64,000 nucleotides of DNA from an uncultured Chloroflexia bacterium. GTDB lineage: Bacteria > Chloroflexota > Limnocylindria > QHBO01. The stretch's first letter is position 1. Every line of letters starts with the position of its first letter. The stretch is taken from positions 71,799 to 135,798 of the forward strand of contig CAWANT010000006.1 in the NCBI GenBank assembly GCA_963783495.1. The letters run 5' to 3'. Below are positions 1-10,583 of this stretch, in pieces. The notes beneath the pieces are model-generated. The model did no database searches and was not told the origin of the DNA. It saw nothing but the letters and a program-made list of their open reading frames with translations. A program made the position numbers and the translations under genes.

Positions 1-346
1 GAAGCCGCTGCAATGCCTCGAACAGGATGAAGGCCGCCATGCCGAACAGCAGGACGGCATTGGCGGCGGCCGCCAGGATCTCCAGGCGGTAGTATCCGAA
101 CGACTTGCCGGTCGTGGCTGGCCGCGCGCCGAACCAGATGGCAAGCAGCGCCAAGCCCACGCCCACCGCATCAGTGAGCATGTGGCCGGCATCGGCCAGC
201 AGGGCCAGGCTGTTGGTGAGGACGCTGCCGATCACCTCGACAAGCAGGACGGCGACGATCAGCAGCAGGACGGCCAGCAGGCGCCCGCGGCTGGCACTGG
301 CCGCCGTGTGATGGTGGCCGCTGGGTGCGGACAGCGCTTCGGTCAT
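1..346 (-). CDS. Cation diffusion facilitator (CzcD/ZitB-type) transporter, N-terminal part; the gene runs off the left edge
   Basis: Manual minus-strand translation from ATG at 344-346: MTEALSAPSGHHHTAAS...LVEVIGSVLTNSLALLADAGHMLTDAVGVGLALLAIWF...GYYRLEILAAAANAVLL. His-rich N-terminus plus CDF TM1-3 signature. Not in the ORF track because it is truncated by the window. Confidence 0.8.
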   Translation of the reverse strand, partial: MTEALSAPSGHHHTAASASRGRLLAVLLLIVAVLLVEVIGSVLTNSLALLADAGHMLTDAVGVGLALLAIWFGARPATTGKSFGYYRLEILAAAANAVLLFGMAAFILFEALQRL

Positions 347-408
347 GGCTGCCACCATTGTGGAGGGTGTTCTATTGAGCGTTCGGACGTGGCGCAGCTT
401 GGAAAGGC

Positions 409-1089
409 ATGATGAAGCTTCTTCTCACTTCCGCTGGCATCAAGAACACGAGCATCGAGAACGCCCTGGTCGACCTGCTGGGCAAGCCGATTGCCGACTC
501 CAATGCCCTCTGCATCCCGACCGCCCAGTACGGGCACCCCAACGTCGGTCCAGGAGCGGGCCCTTGGCGGTTCATCAGCGGACGAGAGCCCAGAACCCCC
601 ATGTGTGAGCTCGGTTGGAAGACGTTGGGTGTTCTCGAGCTCACCGCTCTGCCCAGCATCGACGAGGAACACTGGGTACCCCTCGTCCGAGAGACGGACG
701 TCCTGCTGGTGGCTGGCGGCGACGCCCTGTACCTGTGCCATTGGATGCGGGAGTCGGGCCTGGCCGATCTTCTGCCGTCCATGCCCCAGACAGTCTGGGT
801 CGGACTCAGCGCCGGGAGCATGGTGATGACTCCACGCATCGGGCAGGACTTCGTCGGGTGGAAGTCGCCCACCGGGGACGACGGCACGCTGGGCATCGTT
901 GACTTCTCGATCTGTCCGCACCTGGCTCGCGAGGGCATGCCTGGCAACTCGATGGCCGTGGCAGAGAAATGGGCGGCCGACATCGCGGGTCCGGCGTACG
1001 CGATCGATGACGAGACCGCCATCCGGGTGAGCGACGGAACCATCGAAGTCGTCTCCGAGGGTCACTGGAAGCTGTTCACGCCCAAATAA
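409..1089 (+). CDS. Peptidase E-like (S51 family) dipeptidase
   Basis: Intact 226-aa ORF. Motifs LLTSAGI, LVAGGDALYL and GLSAGSMVM (nucleophile Ser) are typical of S51 peptidase E. Confidence 0.8.
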   Translation: MMKLLLTSAGIKNTSIENALVDLLGKPIADSNALCIPTAQYGHPNVGPGAGPWRFISGREPRTPMCELGWKTLGVLELTALPSIDEEHWVPLVRETDVLLVAGGDALYLCHWMRESGLADLLPSMPQTVWVGLSAGSMVMTPRIGQDFVGWKSPTGDDGTLGIVDFSICPHLAREGMPGNSMAVAEKWAADIAGPAYAIDDETAIRVSDGTIEVVSEGHWKLFTPK

Positions 1090-1109
1090 CGGGCCGGCGT
1101 GGAACTAAG

Positions 1110-1185
1110 TGGCGCCCCCGGAGGGAATCGAACCCCCGACGCAGGCCTTAGGACGGCCTCGCTCTATCCGCTGAGCTACGGGGGC
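1110..1185 (-). tRNA. tRNA-Arg (anticodon CCU)
   Basis: Hand-folded 76-nt cloverleaf. Acceptor GCCCCCG/CGGGGGC, D arm GCTC-AGCGGATA-GAGC, anticodon stem AGGCC/GGCCT with loop GUCCUAA, T arm GGGGG-TTCGATT-CCCTC, encoded CCA. Confidence 0.9.
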
Positions 1186-1230
1186 GGCGCCGATTCATCG
1201 TACCCCAGTCCCTGTTGGCGTCTGCTGCGC

Positions 1231-1479
1231 CTACGCGCCTTGCTCAACCTCGAACAAGGTGTGCGCCTCGAGGCCATGCGCCTCACGGTGCGTGCGGGCC
1301 GCGCTCTCCTTGTCGGGCGCGTCGACCAGGCAGAACACCTTTCCATCGGCCTCGTCGACCCAGTAGCTCTTGTAGTCAACGCCGTATTTGTCCTGGACCT
1401 GGAGGTCTGCCTCGTGGGCCTTGGCGACGTCATCCGCCTTCACGCCGGGAATGTCATGAATGTCCATGTAGGTCGGCAC
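1231..1479 (-). CDS. DUF4242 (SCO4226-like, putative nickel-binding) small protein
   Basis: Intact 82-aa ORF MPTYMDIHDIPGVKADDVAKAHEADLQVQDKYGVDYKSYWVDEADGKVFCLVDAPDKE..., recognised as the DUF4242 family pattern. Confidence 0.7.
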   Translation of the reverse strand: MPTYMDIHDIPGVKADDVAKAHEADLQVQDKYGVDYKSYWVDEADGKVFCLVDAPDKESAARTHREAHGLEAHTLFEVEQGA

Positions 1480-1563
1480 GCTGGAACTCCTCTTTCACGA
1501 ACTGAAGCGCACCGGATTGTGCGCCGCCCGCCAAGCGAGCGAGGCGCTCATTATCATCGCGCG

Positions 1564-1801
1564 GTGACCGCTAGGCTGACCCTCTACGAGCGCGCGGAGT
1601 GCCACCTGTGCGAAGAAACGCGGCTGGCGCTTGACCGGCTGATCGGTCCGGACCGATACGAGCGCGTCGACATCGACATCAGCGACGAGCTGGTCGTGCG
1701 CTACGGCTTCAGGGTGCCGGTGCTGGCGGTCGACGGCGTCGACCGCCTGGAGGCACCGATCACCGAGCCCGACCTGCGCGAGGTCGTGCGGCGAGCTCTA
1801 G
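1564..1801 (+). CDS. Glutaredoxin-like (DUF836/Grx2-family) thioredoxin-fold protein; 3' end assumes an indel
   Basis: GTG at 1564 inside ORF 1099..2265: LTLYERAECHLCEE...VDIDISDELVVRYGFRVPVLAV (CxxC). There is no in-frame stop until 2265, and that stretch is antisense to the cupredoxin gene. A TAG at 1799-1801 in the adjacent frame would give a normal product of about 78 aa. Confidence 0.55.
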
Positions 1802-2226
1802 GCCTCGACCACGTAGAGCGTGCCGTTCATGTCGGCCGGGTGCACGGTGCAGTCGAAGTAGTACTCGCCCGCATCCTGCGCCTCGACGTCGTAGTCCATC
1901 TCGCCCTCGCCGTTCTGGATCTCGCCGCGCATGATCTCGTTCGACTTCGAGCTGTCGTCGTAGACGGCCACGTCGTGCGGCATCGCGTCGTTGTTGACGA
2001 AGTGGATGGTGAACGCCTCACCGGCGTTGGCGACCATGCAGGGAGCGCTGAAGGCCAGGTCCTGGGCTTCGATGGTGATGACGCCGTTCTCGACCCGGGC
2101 GCAGTCGCTGGGCGGCTCGGCGCCAGACGGCAGCGGCGTGGTCGACGCCGCACTCGAGCATGCGGCGAGGACGACGAGGAGGAGCGTGACGGCCGGCAGC
2201 AGCCGACGCGAGACAGTCGGAATCAA
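1798..2226 (-). CDS. Cupredoxin (plastocyanin/azurin-like blue copper) lipoprotein
   Basis: Intact 142-aa ORF with signal peptide and lipobox (LVVLAAC). Type-1 Cu ligands MPHDV and C-TV-H-PAD-M near the C-terminus. Confidence 0.8.
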   Translation of the reverse strand: MIPTVSRRLLPAVTLLLVVLAACSSAASTTPLPSGAEPPSDCARVENGVITIEAQDLAFSAPCMVANAGEAFTIHFVNNDAMPHDVAVYDDSSKSNEIMRGEIQNGEGEMDYDVEAQDAGEYYFDCTVHPADMNGTLYVVEA

Positions 2227-2307
2227 GGAAGGACACCCTTTCTGGAAGACGTCAGGGCCGCGTAGCGGCGCGAGACCATGATACCGGCGCGCAGCGCCGC
2301 GCTCAAT

Positions 2308-3204
2308 TCAGGCCGATCTGACGCCGAAGCCGCCCTTCTCGTTCTGCTCGATCTGGACCGGCAGGTCACCCGGATCGTGGGTGAAGTAGCACCACCACCC
2401 CTCCTCCGCCGCGCGCCGCACCAGCTCACTGCGCACTTCCACGGCGTCGATCGGGTAGTCGTCGAAGGCGCTGGTCCAGCGCACCGGGATCTGCCAGCGG
2501 GTCGGGATCAGGTCGCCCCAGAAGACGGCCCGCTCGCGCGGATCGCCGGCGCGGCTCCCTGACGTGGCTGTTCCCAGCAGCACGGCCTGCGACCCGCGCG
2601 TGTGCCCGCCGGTGCGCAGCACGCTCACGCCCCGCACCAGCTCCACCTCGCCGGCCACCTCCGCCAGCTGTCCGGCATTGCGCACCAGGTCGAGCTGCTC
2701 GGTCTCCATCAGCCCGGACAGCCGCAGCTCGTCGCCGTGGGCGGCCTCCGCCTCGTCGCGCTGAACCACGTAGCGGGCATTCGGGAAGTTGGGCCTCCCA
2801 TCGGCATCGACCAGGCCACCGGCATGGTCGTAGTGCAGGTGGCTCACGACCACGAAGTCGATGCTGGCCGGATCCTCGCCCACCGCCCGCAGCGCTTCGG
2901 CCGGATCGCCGCCTTCGATGCCCTTGATGTCACGATCCTTGTCGGTCATTCGCACGCCGGTGCCCGTTTCCACCAGCACCCGTTTGCCGGCCGACTCGAC
3001 CAAAAGCAGGTTGAGGCGCATCAGCAGGCGGCCGCGCTCATCGGTCTCCAGGCCGAACCGCGACCAGAGTGCACGCGGCACCACGCCGAAAAAGCCGCCG
3101 GCATCGGGCCGGAACCAACCGGCACGCAGCACGCGAACGCGGACGTCGCCGGCGAAGGAGCGCGCCTGGCCGGCCGGGGTGATGGCGTGGAGTGGCTCAG
3201 GCAC
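2308..3204 (-). CDS. MBL-fold metallo-hydrolase
   Basis: Intact 298-aa ORF with the HxHxDH motif (VVVSHLHYDHAGG) and a later GGHTRG. Confidence 0.85.
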   Translation of the reverse strand: MPEPLHAITPAGQARSFAGDVRVRVLRAGWFRPDAGGFFGVVPRALWSRFGLETDERGRLLMRLNLLLVESAGKRVLVETGTGVRMTDKDRDIKGIEGGDPAEALRAVGEDPASIDFVVVSHLHYDHAGGLVDADGRPNFPNARYVVQRDEAEAAHGDELRLSGLMETEQLDLVRNAGQLAEVAGEVELVRGVSVLRTGGHTRGSQAVLLGTATSGSRAGDPRERAVFWGDLIPTRWQIPVRWTSAFDDYPIDAVEVRSELVRRAAEEGWWCYFTHDPGDLPVQIEQNEKGGFGVRSA

Positions 3205-3245
3205 GCGCGGCTCCGAACTGCGAGGTGGGCGCCGGGGTCCCCCGC

Positions 3246-3827
3246 TCAGCGGCGGATGCGACCTCGTTCGAAGTCTCGATGGTACAGGCTGGCCGTCGGG
3301 TCACGCTGCCCCCGATAGCGGCTGCCCAGGCGCGAGTCGCCGTAGGCCACCTCCACCGGCGAGGAGAGGCGCTGGAAGCTGATCTGTCCGATCTTCATGC
3401 CGTCGTACAGCGTGATGGGCAGGTTGGCGACATTCGACAGCTCCAGCGTCAGGTTGCCCTCCCAGCCGGGGTCCACGTAGCCCGCGGTGGAGTGGATCAG
3501 GAGGCCCAGGCGGCCGAGCGAGCTCTTGCCTTCCAGCCTGGCGACAAGGTCGTTGGGCAACTCCACGCGCTCCAGGGTGGAGCCCAGCACGAACTCACCG
3601 GGATGCAGGATGAAGGGCTCGTCGCCGCCGATCTCGACCAGCTCGGTCAGCTCCGGCTGCTCGTCTCGCACGTCGATGTATGGGTAGCGGCTGTTGCGAA
3701 AGACGCGGAAGCGATTGTCGAGGTGCAGGTCAACGCTCGACGGCTGGACGGCCTCCGGCACGTAGGGTTCGATGACGATGCGTCCGGCCTCGATCGCGGC
3801 GCGGATGTCGCCGTCGGACAGGACCAC
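3246..3827 (-). CDS. dcd: dCTP deaminase
   Basis: Intact 193-aa ORF: [33 protein letters not shown]. Classic Dcd. Confidence 0.93.
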   Translation of the reverse strand: MVLSDGDIRAAIEAGRIVIEPYVPEAVQPSSVDLHLDNRFRVFRNSRYPYIDVRDEQPELTELVEIGGDEPFILHPGEFVLGSTLERVELPNDLVARLEGKSSLGRLGLLIHSTAGYVDPGWEGNLTLELSNVANLPITLYDGMKIGQISFQRLSSPVEVAYGDSRLGSRYRGQRDPTASLYHRDFERGRIRR

Positions 3828-3832
3828 GGTCG

Positions 3833-4303
3833 CTAGGACTCCTCCGCCGTGCGCTGGCGCATCAGGCGGTCCACCTCGCGCTTGAGGGTCGAGATGTCCT
3901 CGTAGCTGTGATAGACCGATGCAAACCGAATGTAGGCCAGCTGATCGATGTCACGCAGCTCCTCGGTGGCCAGCCGCCCCACCTCCTTGGAGGTGACCTC
4001 CGGCTCGCCGCGGGCGCGCAGGGTGCTCTCGATGTCGTCCACCGCCTGCTCGGCCCGCGCGATCGTCACCGGGCGCTTCTCCAGTGCGCGCAGCAGGCCA
4101 CCCAGCAGCTTGGTGCGATCGAAGTCCTGGCGGCTGCCATCGCGCTTGATGACGGCCAGCCGCGCTCCCTCCGGGCGCTCATAGGTCGTGAACCGATAGC
4201 TGCAGGCCTCGCACTCGCGGCGCCGGCGGATGGTGCTCCCCGATTCCAGGTCGCGCGAGTCGATGACCCGCGTCCCGTCAGTGCTGCAGCGTGGACAGCG
4301 CAA
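3833..4303 (-). CDS. nrdR: Transcriptional repressor NrdR
   Basis: Intact 156-aa ORF with TTG start. Zn-ribbon CPRC...CEAC followed by an ATP-cone ([12 protein letters not shown]...). Confidence 0.95.
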   Translation of the reverse strand: MRCPRCSTDGTRVIDSRDLESGSTIRRRRECEACSYRFTTYERPEGARLAVIKRDGSRQDFDRTKLLGGLLRALEKRPVTIARAEQAVDDIESTLRARGEPEVTSKEVGRLATEELRDIDQLAYIRFASVYHSYEDISTLKREVDRLMRQRTAEES

Positions 4304-4392
4304 GTGTTCGATGCTCCCCAGGCGGACTACACAAGCAGTGGTACCGACTCGGAGGATACCACAAGATATGGGCTCCCTCGCGGTTCGAAGCG

Positions 4393-5411
4393 CTAGCTCC
4401 GGGGTGGCGTGCCCATCGCGGCGCAGGCCTCTCGCAGGCGAGATTCGGCCGCGCGCGAGACGCCGGAGCCGATGCGGTCCAGTCCCAGCAGGGCGGCTCC
4501 CACCAATGGCGGGCTGCGGAGGGGCGCCAGGCGGGCCAGCGGAGCAACGGCATGCACCGCGCCCTCCAGCCGTGCGAGGAACGCGTCGTCGTGATTCTGG
4601 AAGACGCCGCCGCCCAGCACTACGTCGAACGCGCGACGCGCCAGTCCCACGCGCCGGATCATGGCGATCGCCATGGTGGCCAGCTCATCGCCCAGGCGGT
4701 CGAGCAGGCCGCGGGCGACGGCATCGCCACTGCGCGCCGCCGCGAACACCACCGGCGCAAGCTCCATGACGCGATCCTCCGGAATGCGGCCGTCGTAGAT
4801 CGCGCGGGTCACCGCCTCGGGCCGCTTCAGGCCGAAGTGGGCCGGCACCAGCTGCTCGAACGCAGTGCGAGGACCACGCCCGTCGCGAGCGCGCACGGCG
4901 GCGCCCAGCGCACCCATCCCCAGGTCCCGGCCGCCGCCCCGGTCGCCGGAGATGGGGCCCAGCGCGGCCAGGCGCGCGGTGCGCCCGCTGGGACCCACGC
5001 CCGCGGCGTTCACGCCGGCGCCACAGATCAGGACCACGCCCCAGGGGTGATCGGTGCCGGCGCGCAGGGCGGCCCGCGTGTCGTTCAGCACCTCGGTCCG
5101 CCGCGCCAGGCCGGTCTTGGCGAAGGCGTGGGTCAGCATGCGCGTCTCGCCGGCGAAATCGGCGCCGGCGACCGAATACAGCCCGATCTCGGCGAGCTCG
5201 CCCGATCCTCCGACCAGTCCCGCGCGGCGCGCCGCGGCGTCGGCCAGGCGACCGAGCCGCACGATCCCCTCCTCCACGCCGACCTGCTGGTGCGAGATGG
5301 TCGGGCCGCGCACCGCGGACAGCAAGCGTGCCATCGCGTGCCGACCAGCGCCAGGTCAGCCTTGGAGTTGCCGCCGTCGACCGCCAGCACCGCGGCGGGC
5401 GGTCGGGTCAC
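4393..5411 (-). CDS. BadF/BadG/BcrA/BcrD-type ATPase (N-acetylglucosamine-kinase-like); 1 frame break
   Basis: N-terminus VLAVDGGNSKADLALV is in ORF 5133..5411. The rest (ICGAGVNAAG, VVLGGGVF) is in ORF 4393..5334. Frame change near 5335. Confidence 0.8.
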
Positions 5412-6061
5412 GACGCGGCGCGGTCGTCCGCCGGTCGCGGCTCGCCAACCGGCTCCAGGCCCGGCGGCAGGTCAAGCTGGTCGACGCCGACGAAGGTGGC
5501 GCCGTGCTCGCGCCAGCTCGGCCAGGATGCGCGGCAGCGCCGGCGCAACCGGCCGCGGCCACGTGTGCAGCAGGGCGATGGCGCCGTCGCCATGGGCCAG
5601 CCGCTCCATCCACCACGCTGCGATGGATCTCATCGGCGGTGCGGCCCGGCTCCCACTCGTTCGACTCGATATGCCAGCCGATGTGCCGGTAGCCGAGGCC
5701 GCGCAGCGCATCGACCAGGTCGGCCCGGTCGGCGCCGCTGCCGAACGGTGCGCGGAACCACGGCTGCGGATCCTGGCCGGTGACGCTGCGGATCACCTCT
5801 TCCGAGCTGCGCACGTCGGTGGCCAGGCCGTCGCCGTTCAAGACCGGCAAGCGGGCGTGGTAGAAGGAGTGGTTGCCGACCAGGTGCCCGGCATCGGCGA
5901 TCGAGCCGCGCCAGCTCGGGGAACGCCTCGGCCCAGCGGCCCTGGATGAAGAACGTGGCCCGCGCCCCGGCATCGGCCAGAGCGGCCAGGATCTCGGGCG
6001 TGCGGTCGCCGTCATTCGGGCGATCCGGGTGCTCGGCGTCGAAGGTCAGCGCGACCCGCAT
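5408..6061 (-). CDS. Polysaccharide/chitooligosaccharide deacetylase (CE4, NodB domain); 3 frame breaks
   Basis: ALTFDAEH, HLVGNHSFYH and FRAPFG are spread over four ORF-track pieces, with breaks near 5900, 5610 and 5510. Its stop overlaps the kinase start (ATGA at 5408-5411). Confidence 0.8.
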
Positions 6062-6069
6062 CGGTCCGC

Positions 6070-7174
6070 TCACTTCTCCACTCCGGTGATCACGATGCCG
6101 CGCATGAAGAATCGCTGCGCCATGAAGAACACGATCATCGGAATGACGATGGTCATCAGGGTACCCGCCTGGATCAGCTCGGTCTGCTCGCTGTAGATGC
6201 TGTTGAACTGGGCCAGGCCGGTGGCAATCGGCTGAAGGTCGGGCTTCGAGGACAGGTAGAGCAGCGGCTCGAAGTAGAGGTTCCAGGTGTAGACGATGTG
6301 GAACACGGCCACCGCGATGATGACCGCCCACGACTGGGGCACGATGAGCGAGGTGAGGATCCTGATCGGGCCGGCCCCGTCGATCTTGGCCGCCTCGTCG
6401 AGCTCCCGCGGCAGGGTCAGGAAGTATTGGCGCAGCAGGAAGACGTCGTAGGCGTTGGCGAAGAAGGCTGGCACCAGCAGGGGTAACCAGGTACCCACCC
6501 AGCCGAGCTCCACGAAGATCACGTAGGTCGGGATCAGGGTCACCGCCGCCGGCAGGAAGATCGTCGACAGGAGCAGCAGGAAGAGGATGTTGCGGCCCGG
6601 GAAGCGGAACCGGGCAAAGCCGTAGGCGACGAGCACGCACGACAGCAGCGTGCCGGCTGTCCCGATCAGCGCCAGCATGGCGGTGTTGAACACCAGCCTC
6701 GGGAAATCCATGATCGTCCCACGCCTCGGGGTAGTTCTCCCAGTGGGGCGCGAAGGTCCACGCCTGTTCCAGCGTGCGATACGAGCCCTCCCACACGATG
6801 ATGCCGGCGGCCGTGTTGGCCGGGTCGATGAACTCGCTCTCCTGGCGGCCCTTCTTGACCAGCGCGAGGTCCCGCGTCGTGCCATCGATCGGAACCTGGT
6901 AGACGTCGTACGCGCGCCCGTCGAACTCGAACGTCTGCGGCTCGGCCGGCCATAGCGGGGCATTCGACGCGGTGATCTGCTGGTTCGTCTTGAGCGAAAT
7001 GGCGATCGTCCGCAGCATCGGCGACAGGAACGCGGCCAGCACCACGACCGCGAAGAAGGTCACCGCGAACGAACGCACGTGCGAGCCCTGCACGCGCCGG
7101 CGCGGGCGAGAGACCTCCACCCCCTCGACGACGGGGATCGGCGGCGCGCCGAGGACGTTCGGCTCGGCGGCCAT
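6070..7174 (-). CDS. Carbohydrate ABC transporter permease (MalG-like); 1 frame break
   Basis: The C-terminal 210 aa, with the EAA-type loop (LDEAAKIDGAGPIRIL), lie in ORF 6070..6963. The N-terminal 150 aa lie in ORF 5630..7174. Break near 6715. Confidence 0.85.
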
Positions 7175-8131
7175 CTAGCGCGAGTCCCCGGCGTAATAGA
7201 CCCAGTACCGCGCGCTCCAGAAGAGCACCAGCGTGATGGCCAGGATGATCAGGAACAGGAACCAGGCCTGGGTGGCGCCGGCCGACATGTTCTGGAACGT
7301 GAAGAAGGTCTTGTAGATGAAGACGTTGAAGAAGAAGGTCGTGCCCGCCGGTCGCCCATCGCCGGAGTTCAGGACGAGCGGGACCAGGAAGTACTGCAGC
7401 ACGCCGATCGTGCCAAGCACGACGTTGTAGAAGAGGACCGGGGACATGAGCGGGATCGTCACGTGGCGCAGCTGGCCCCACCAGCCGGCGCCGTCGACGT
7501 TCGCAGCGTCGTACAGCTCGGTCGGCACGTTCTGCAGGCCGGCGATGTTGATGATGATGGCGCTGCCGATCCCCCACAGGCCGATGAGCACCAGGGACGG
7601 ATAGATCGAGGTCGGGTCGTTGAGCCAGTCAGGGCCCTGGATGCCGATCGACGAGAGCGCGCCGTTGATCCAGCCGGCCTCCGGGTTGAGCATGCCGCCC
7701 CAGGCGAAGAGCGCCGCCACGAAGGGGATCACGAAGGGCATGAAGAAGAGCGCCTGGAAGTAGCGCGAGCCTCGCAGGGACTTGCTGTTCAGCAGCAGCG
7801 CCAGCGAGAACGGCAGCAGCAGGCCGATCGGAATCGCGAAGAGGGCGAACCGGAAGGTGACGCCCAACGAGTCCCAGGTGCGTGGGTCGTTGAACAGGTT
7901 CTGATAGTTGGCGAGACCCACGAACCGAAGCGGCTCGTTCTGGATGAGGTTGATGTTGGTGAAGGTGAAGACGAAGGTGGCGATCATCGGGATCAAGGTG
8001 AACAGCAGGAACCCGACGATCCACACGCTGATGAAGGCGTAGCCCCAGATCGCCTCGCGCGTGGCGAGGTTGAAGCGAGGCGGCTTGTATGCCGCCTGGG
8101 TCCTGGGCGCCTCGAGCTCGACGATCGCCAT
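7175..8131 (-). CDS. Carbohydrate ABC transporter permease (MalF-like)
   Basis: Intact 318-aa ORF with six hydrophobic segments and the loop LYDAANVDGAGWWGQLRHVTIP. Confidence 0.9.
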   Translation of the reverse strand: MAIVELEAPRTQAAYKPPRFNLATREAIWGYAFISVWIVGFLLFTLIPMIATFVFTFTNINLIQNEPLRFVGLANYQNLFNDPRTWDSLGVTFRFALFAIPIGLLLPFSLALLLNSKSLRGSRYFQALFFMPFVIPFVAALFAWGGMLNPEAGWINGALSSIGIQGPDWLNDPTSIYPSLVLIGLWGIGSAIIINIAGLQNVPTELYDAANVDGAGWWGQLRHVTIPLMSPVLFYNVVLGTIGVLQYFLVPLVLNSGDGRPAGTTFFFNVFIYKTFFTFQNMSAGATQAWFLFLIILAITLVLFWSARYWVYYAGDSR

Positions 8132-9616
8132 CTAACCCTCCGTCCAATGTCGGGCCCGCCCGCCGCGGACGGCGGACGGGCCCGATTGTGTCACTCCTCC
8201 GGCTCTGTCGAAGATGGTCTGGAGCCCCTCCATGAAGTCTGCGATTTCCGCCTCGACATCAAGGTCCGGGTCGGTCCGCAGCACGGAGATGAAGGAGACG
8301 AGCGAGTCGAACGACTCCTGGTAGTTCGGCATCCAGGCCTCGAAGTTCGGATTGTCCGCGAATTCGACGCCATCGATGGCGACCTGCCAGTCGACGCCCT
8401 GCGGTCCACGTCTCGTCCAGGCCGGCAAAGAACGCGTCCTGGTCCTCGATGCGCGCGGGCATGCCGCCGTAGATGCCGAGCAGATCCTGCGACGCCTCAC
8501 CGAGGAGGTAGGTCAGGACCTCGAATGCCTCCTGCGGGTGCTCGGTATCGCCCCAGATCCGGAAGGTGTCGGCGTTGAAGTTCGCCGTGGTCGTACCGTT
8601 GTAGGACGGCACGGCCGCGATGTCCCAATCGGGGTTTTCATCGCCTTCTCGGCGAGGCGCAGCACTGGTACCACAGGTGCGTCAGCGACATGGCGGCCCG
8701 CCTGGCCTGGAAGGGGTTCTCGTTGCCGAATTCCGCCGCGTCGCGCAGCGCCTCGGTCATGATCACGTGGTCGGTGTGCGTCTTCTCGTAGAGATCGACC
8801 CAGGCGTCGTGCCAGGGGTCGGGCAGCTGCGCCGTCGTGCCGTCTTCGGCCACCAGGCTGCCGGATCCGTAGTAGGAACCGACGGCGCGGAGGTCCTGGA
8901 AGGTTGGCTCGTAGCCGTACTAGCTCGATCTTGGTCGGATCGAAGTCGGGACTGGTGGCGTCATTGCCGTTGACATCGACGGTCAGCCGCTCGGCCAGCT
9001 TCCACATGGTGTCCATGTTCCACTCGACCTCTTCGCCGTCGAGCACGTACGGTTCTCCGTACGCATGCGGCGGATACTCGAGGCCGGCCTCGTCGAACGC
9101 GTCGCGATGGTAGTAGAGCATGGATGGGTAGATCGCGAACGGCAGGCCTGCCTGGCCCTCACCGCCCACGTTGTAGAACTCGACGGAGCCCTGGCTGAAC
9201 TGGCTCAGGTCATAGTTGTTCGCTTCGATCAGGTCGGTCAGGTCCAGCCACTCGCCGTGGAAGGCCTCCGAGCCGGATACGCCGACAGGTCCGACGATAT
9301 CGGGGGCGTTGCCACCCGCGATCTCCACCGACATCGCGTCGCGGGCCGAGTCGTAGTCAACGACCTCGAGCTCGAGCTTGATGTTCGGGTGGCTCGCGTT
9401 GAACGCGTCGACGACCGCCTCTTCGACCGGGACCTGGATCTCGCCGTCGTCGCCGGTGCCCAGGCAGCAGAACCAGCGAATGGTGACGACCTCGCCGGTA
9501 CCGCGCTCCGATGGCTCGCCACTCTGCGAGCCAGAGCTTGTCGTGCCGCCACATGCGGCAAGTACGAGCCCCAGGCTCACAAGGACCGCGCCCAAGCGCG
9601 GGATGGAACTACGCAT
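8132..9616 (-). CDS. ABC transporter extracellular sugar-binding lipoprotein; 3 or more frame breaks
   Basis: Lipobox LVLAAC, then a family-1 SBP. Fragments lie in ORFs 8513..9616, 8638..8853, 8259..8612 and 8132..8500, with breaks near 8920, 8660 and 8405. The true stop may be 8191. Confidence 0.8.
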
Positions 9617-9657
9617 GACTGCCCTCCTACTCGGATTGGAACTCGGGACAACCCCTG

Positions 9658-10515
9658 TCAGGCGTGTCGTCTTCGGCCCGCCTCCTCTCCCCCGTGCACC
9701 GGCACGTCGTGAGCACTGCGGCCCACGAGGCCGGCCGCCGCGACGAGCGGCGGGTCGGATTCGTCTGTCCAGCTGGCGCGCGCCACGGCGCGCTCAAGGT
9801 AGTAGCGGCTCCTGTCGCTGCGGACGAAGCTGCGCGCCGCCTCCACGGGCGTGCCGTCCTGCGTGTAGGCGACCCCGTCGACCTGCAGTGCCAGCGACCG
9901 CGGCGGATCGCCGAGCAGGCGCGACTCGCGGGCGCGCAGCAGCACCGGCTCGACCGTTTCCCGGGCGCGAACGACCCGGGCGCCGAACTCAGTGGCCAGC
10001 ACGTCGTACAGAGAACGCCCCTCCAGGTCGTGGGCCAGGAGATCCGGGAACCGATGGGCCGGCAACCGGGCTTGCTCGAGGATCATCGGCTCACCCCCGC
10101 CCAGCCGAATGCGCTCGAGGAACACTACGGGCGATCCGGCCTGGAGGTTCATGGCGAGTGCGGCTGTCTCGCCGACGCGCTCCACCCGCGAGGTGATGAT
10201 GCGGGTCGCCGGCTCCAGCCCGCGCCGCTGCATCTCCTCGGCAAAGCTCTGGACGCCGGCGATGTTGCGCTCGATGAGCGGTGAACGGACGAAGGTGCCG
10301 CGGCCGCGAGTGCGTTCGATCCTGCCCTCGCGCACCAGCTCACCGAGGGCATGACGGATGGTGATCAGGCTGCAGCCATAGCGCGCAGCCAGCTCGCGCT
10401 CGGTGGGAAGGCGGCTTCCGTGACGGAACTCGCCCGATTCGAGCGCAGCCTGCAGGTCGAGGTACACCTGGTGGTGCAGCGGGATAGGCCCGACCTCGAG
10501 CTGGAACCGTGCCAT
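9658..10515 (-). CDS. GntR-family (HutC subfamily, UTRA effector domain) transcriptional regulator
   Basis: Intact frame. Start taken at MARFQ (ATG 10513-10515). wHTH LPTERELAARYGCSLITIRHALGELVREGRIERTRGRGTFV, followed by a UTRA-like domain. Confidence 0.9.
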   Translation of the reverse strand: MARFQLEVGPIPLHHQVYLDLQAALESGEFRHGSRLPTERELAARYGCSLITIRHALGELVREGRIERTRGRGTFVRSPLIERNIAGVQSFAEEMQRRGLEPATRIITSRVERVGETAALAMNLQAGSPVVFLERIRLGGGEPMILEQARLPAHRFPDLLAHDLEGRSLYDVLATEFGARVVRARETVEPVLLRARESRLLGDPPRSLALQVDGVAYTQDGTPVEAARSFVRSDRSRYYLERAVARASWTDESDPPLVAAAGLVGRSAHDVPVHGGEEAGRRRHA

Positions 10516-10535
10516 CGGCCTCCCTCGGCAGGCAG

Positions 10536-10557
10536 CCGTCAAGGTAAGCCTTGACGG
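10536..10557. promoter_or_regulatory. Perfect inverted repeat CCGTCAAGG-taag-CCTTGACGG in the regulator 5' leader
   Basis: Read directly: 9-bp arms with a 4-nt spacer, 21-42 nt upstream of the GntR start codon. It contains the -35 of the rightward promoter. Confidence 0.5.
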
Positions 10558-10579
10558 GTATTGCTCATAACGTTATAAG
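10551..10579 (+). promoter_or_regulatory. Candidate sigma-70-type promoter of the GH4-SIS operon
   Basis: TTGACG (10551-10556), 17-nt spacer, TATAAG (10574-10579). The -10 lies 48 nt upstream of the TTG start at 10627. Confidence 0.5.
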
Positions 10580-10583
10580 CAAT
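10560..10583. promoter_or_regulatory. Candidate operator: 24-bp near-perfect palindrome ATTGCTCATAAC/GTTATAAGCAAT
   Basis: 11 of 12 half-site positions are symmetric. It is centred on both -10 elements of the divergent promoters, next to the HutC-type regulator gene. Confidence 0.55.

Noticed and set aside
1564-2265. The 234-codon reading of the glutaredoxin-like ORF as a larger novel fusion protein.
   Set aside because: Beyond about codon 78 the frame is antisense to the well-supported cupredoxin gene, and its translation is low-complexity (Val/His/Arg/Asp-rich). A stop in the neighbouring frame at 1799-1801 gives a normal-length Grx-like protein.
4329-4371. Two NrdR-box-like elements upstream of nrdR (ACACAAGCAGTGGT at 4329-4342 and ACCACAAGATATGG at 4358-4371, 29 bp apart).
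   Set aside because: Only the left half-sites (CACAAG) resemble the acaCwAtATaTwGtgt consensus. The dyad symmetry is poor, and the spacing is off the usual 31-32 bp. NrdR boxes are expected at nrd operons, which are not in this window. This is at best a weak direct repeat.
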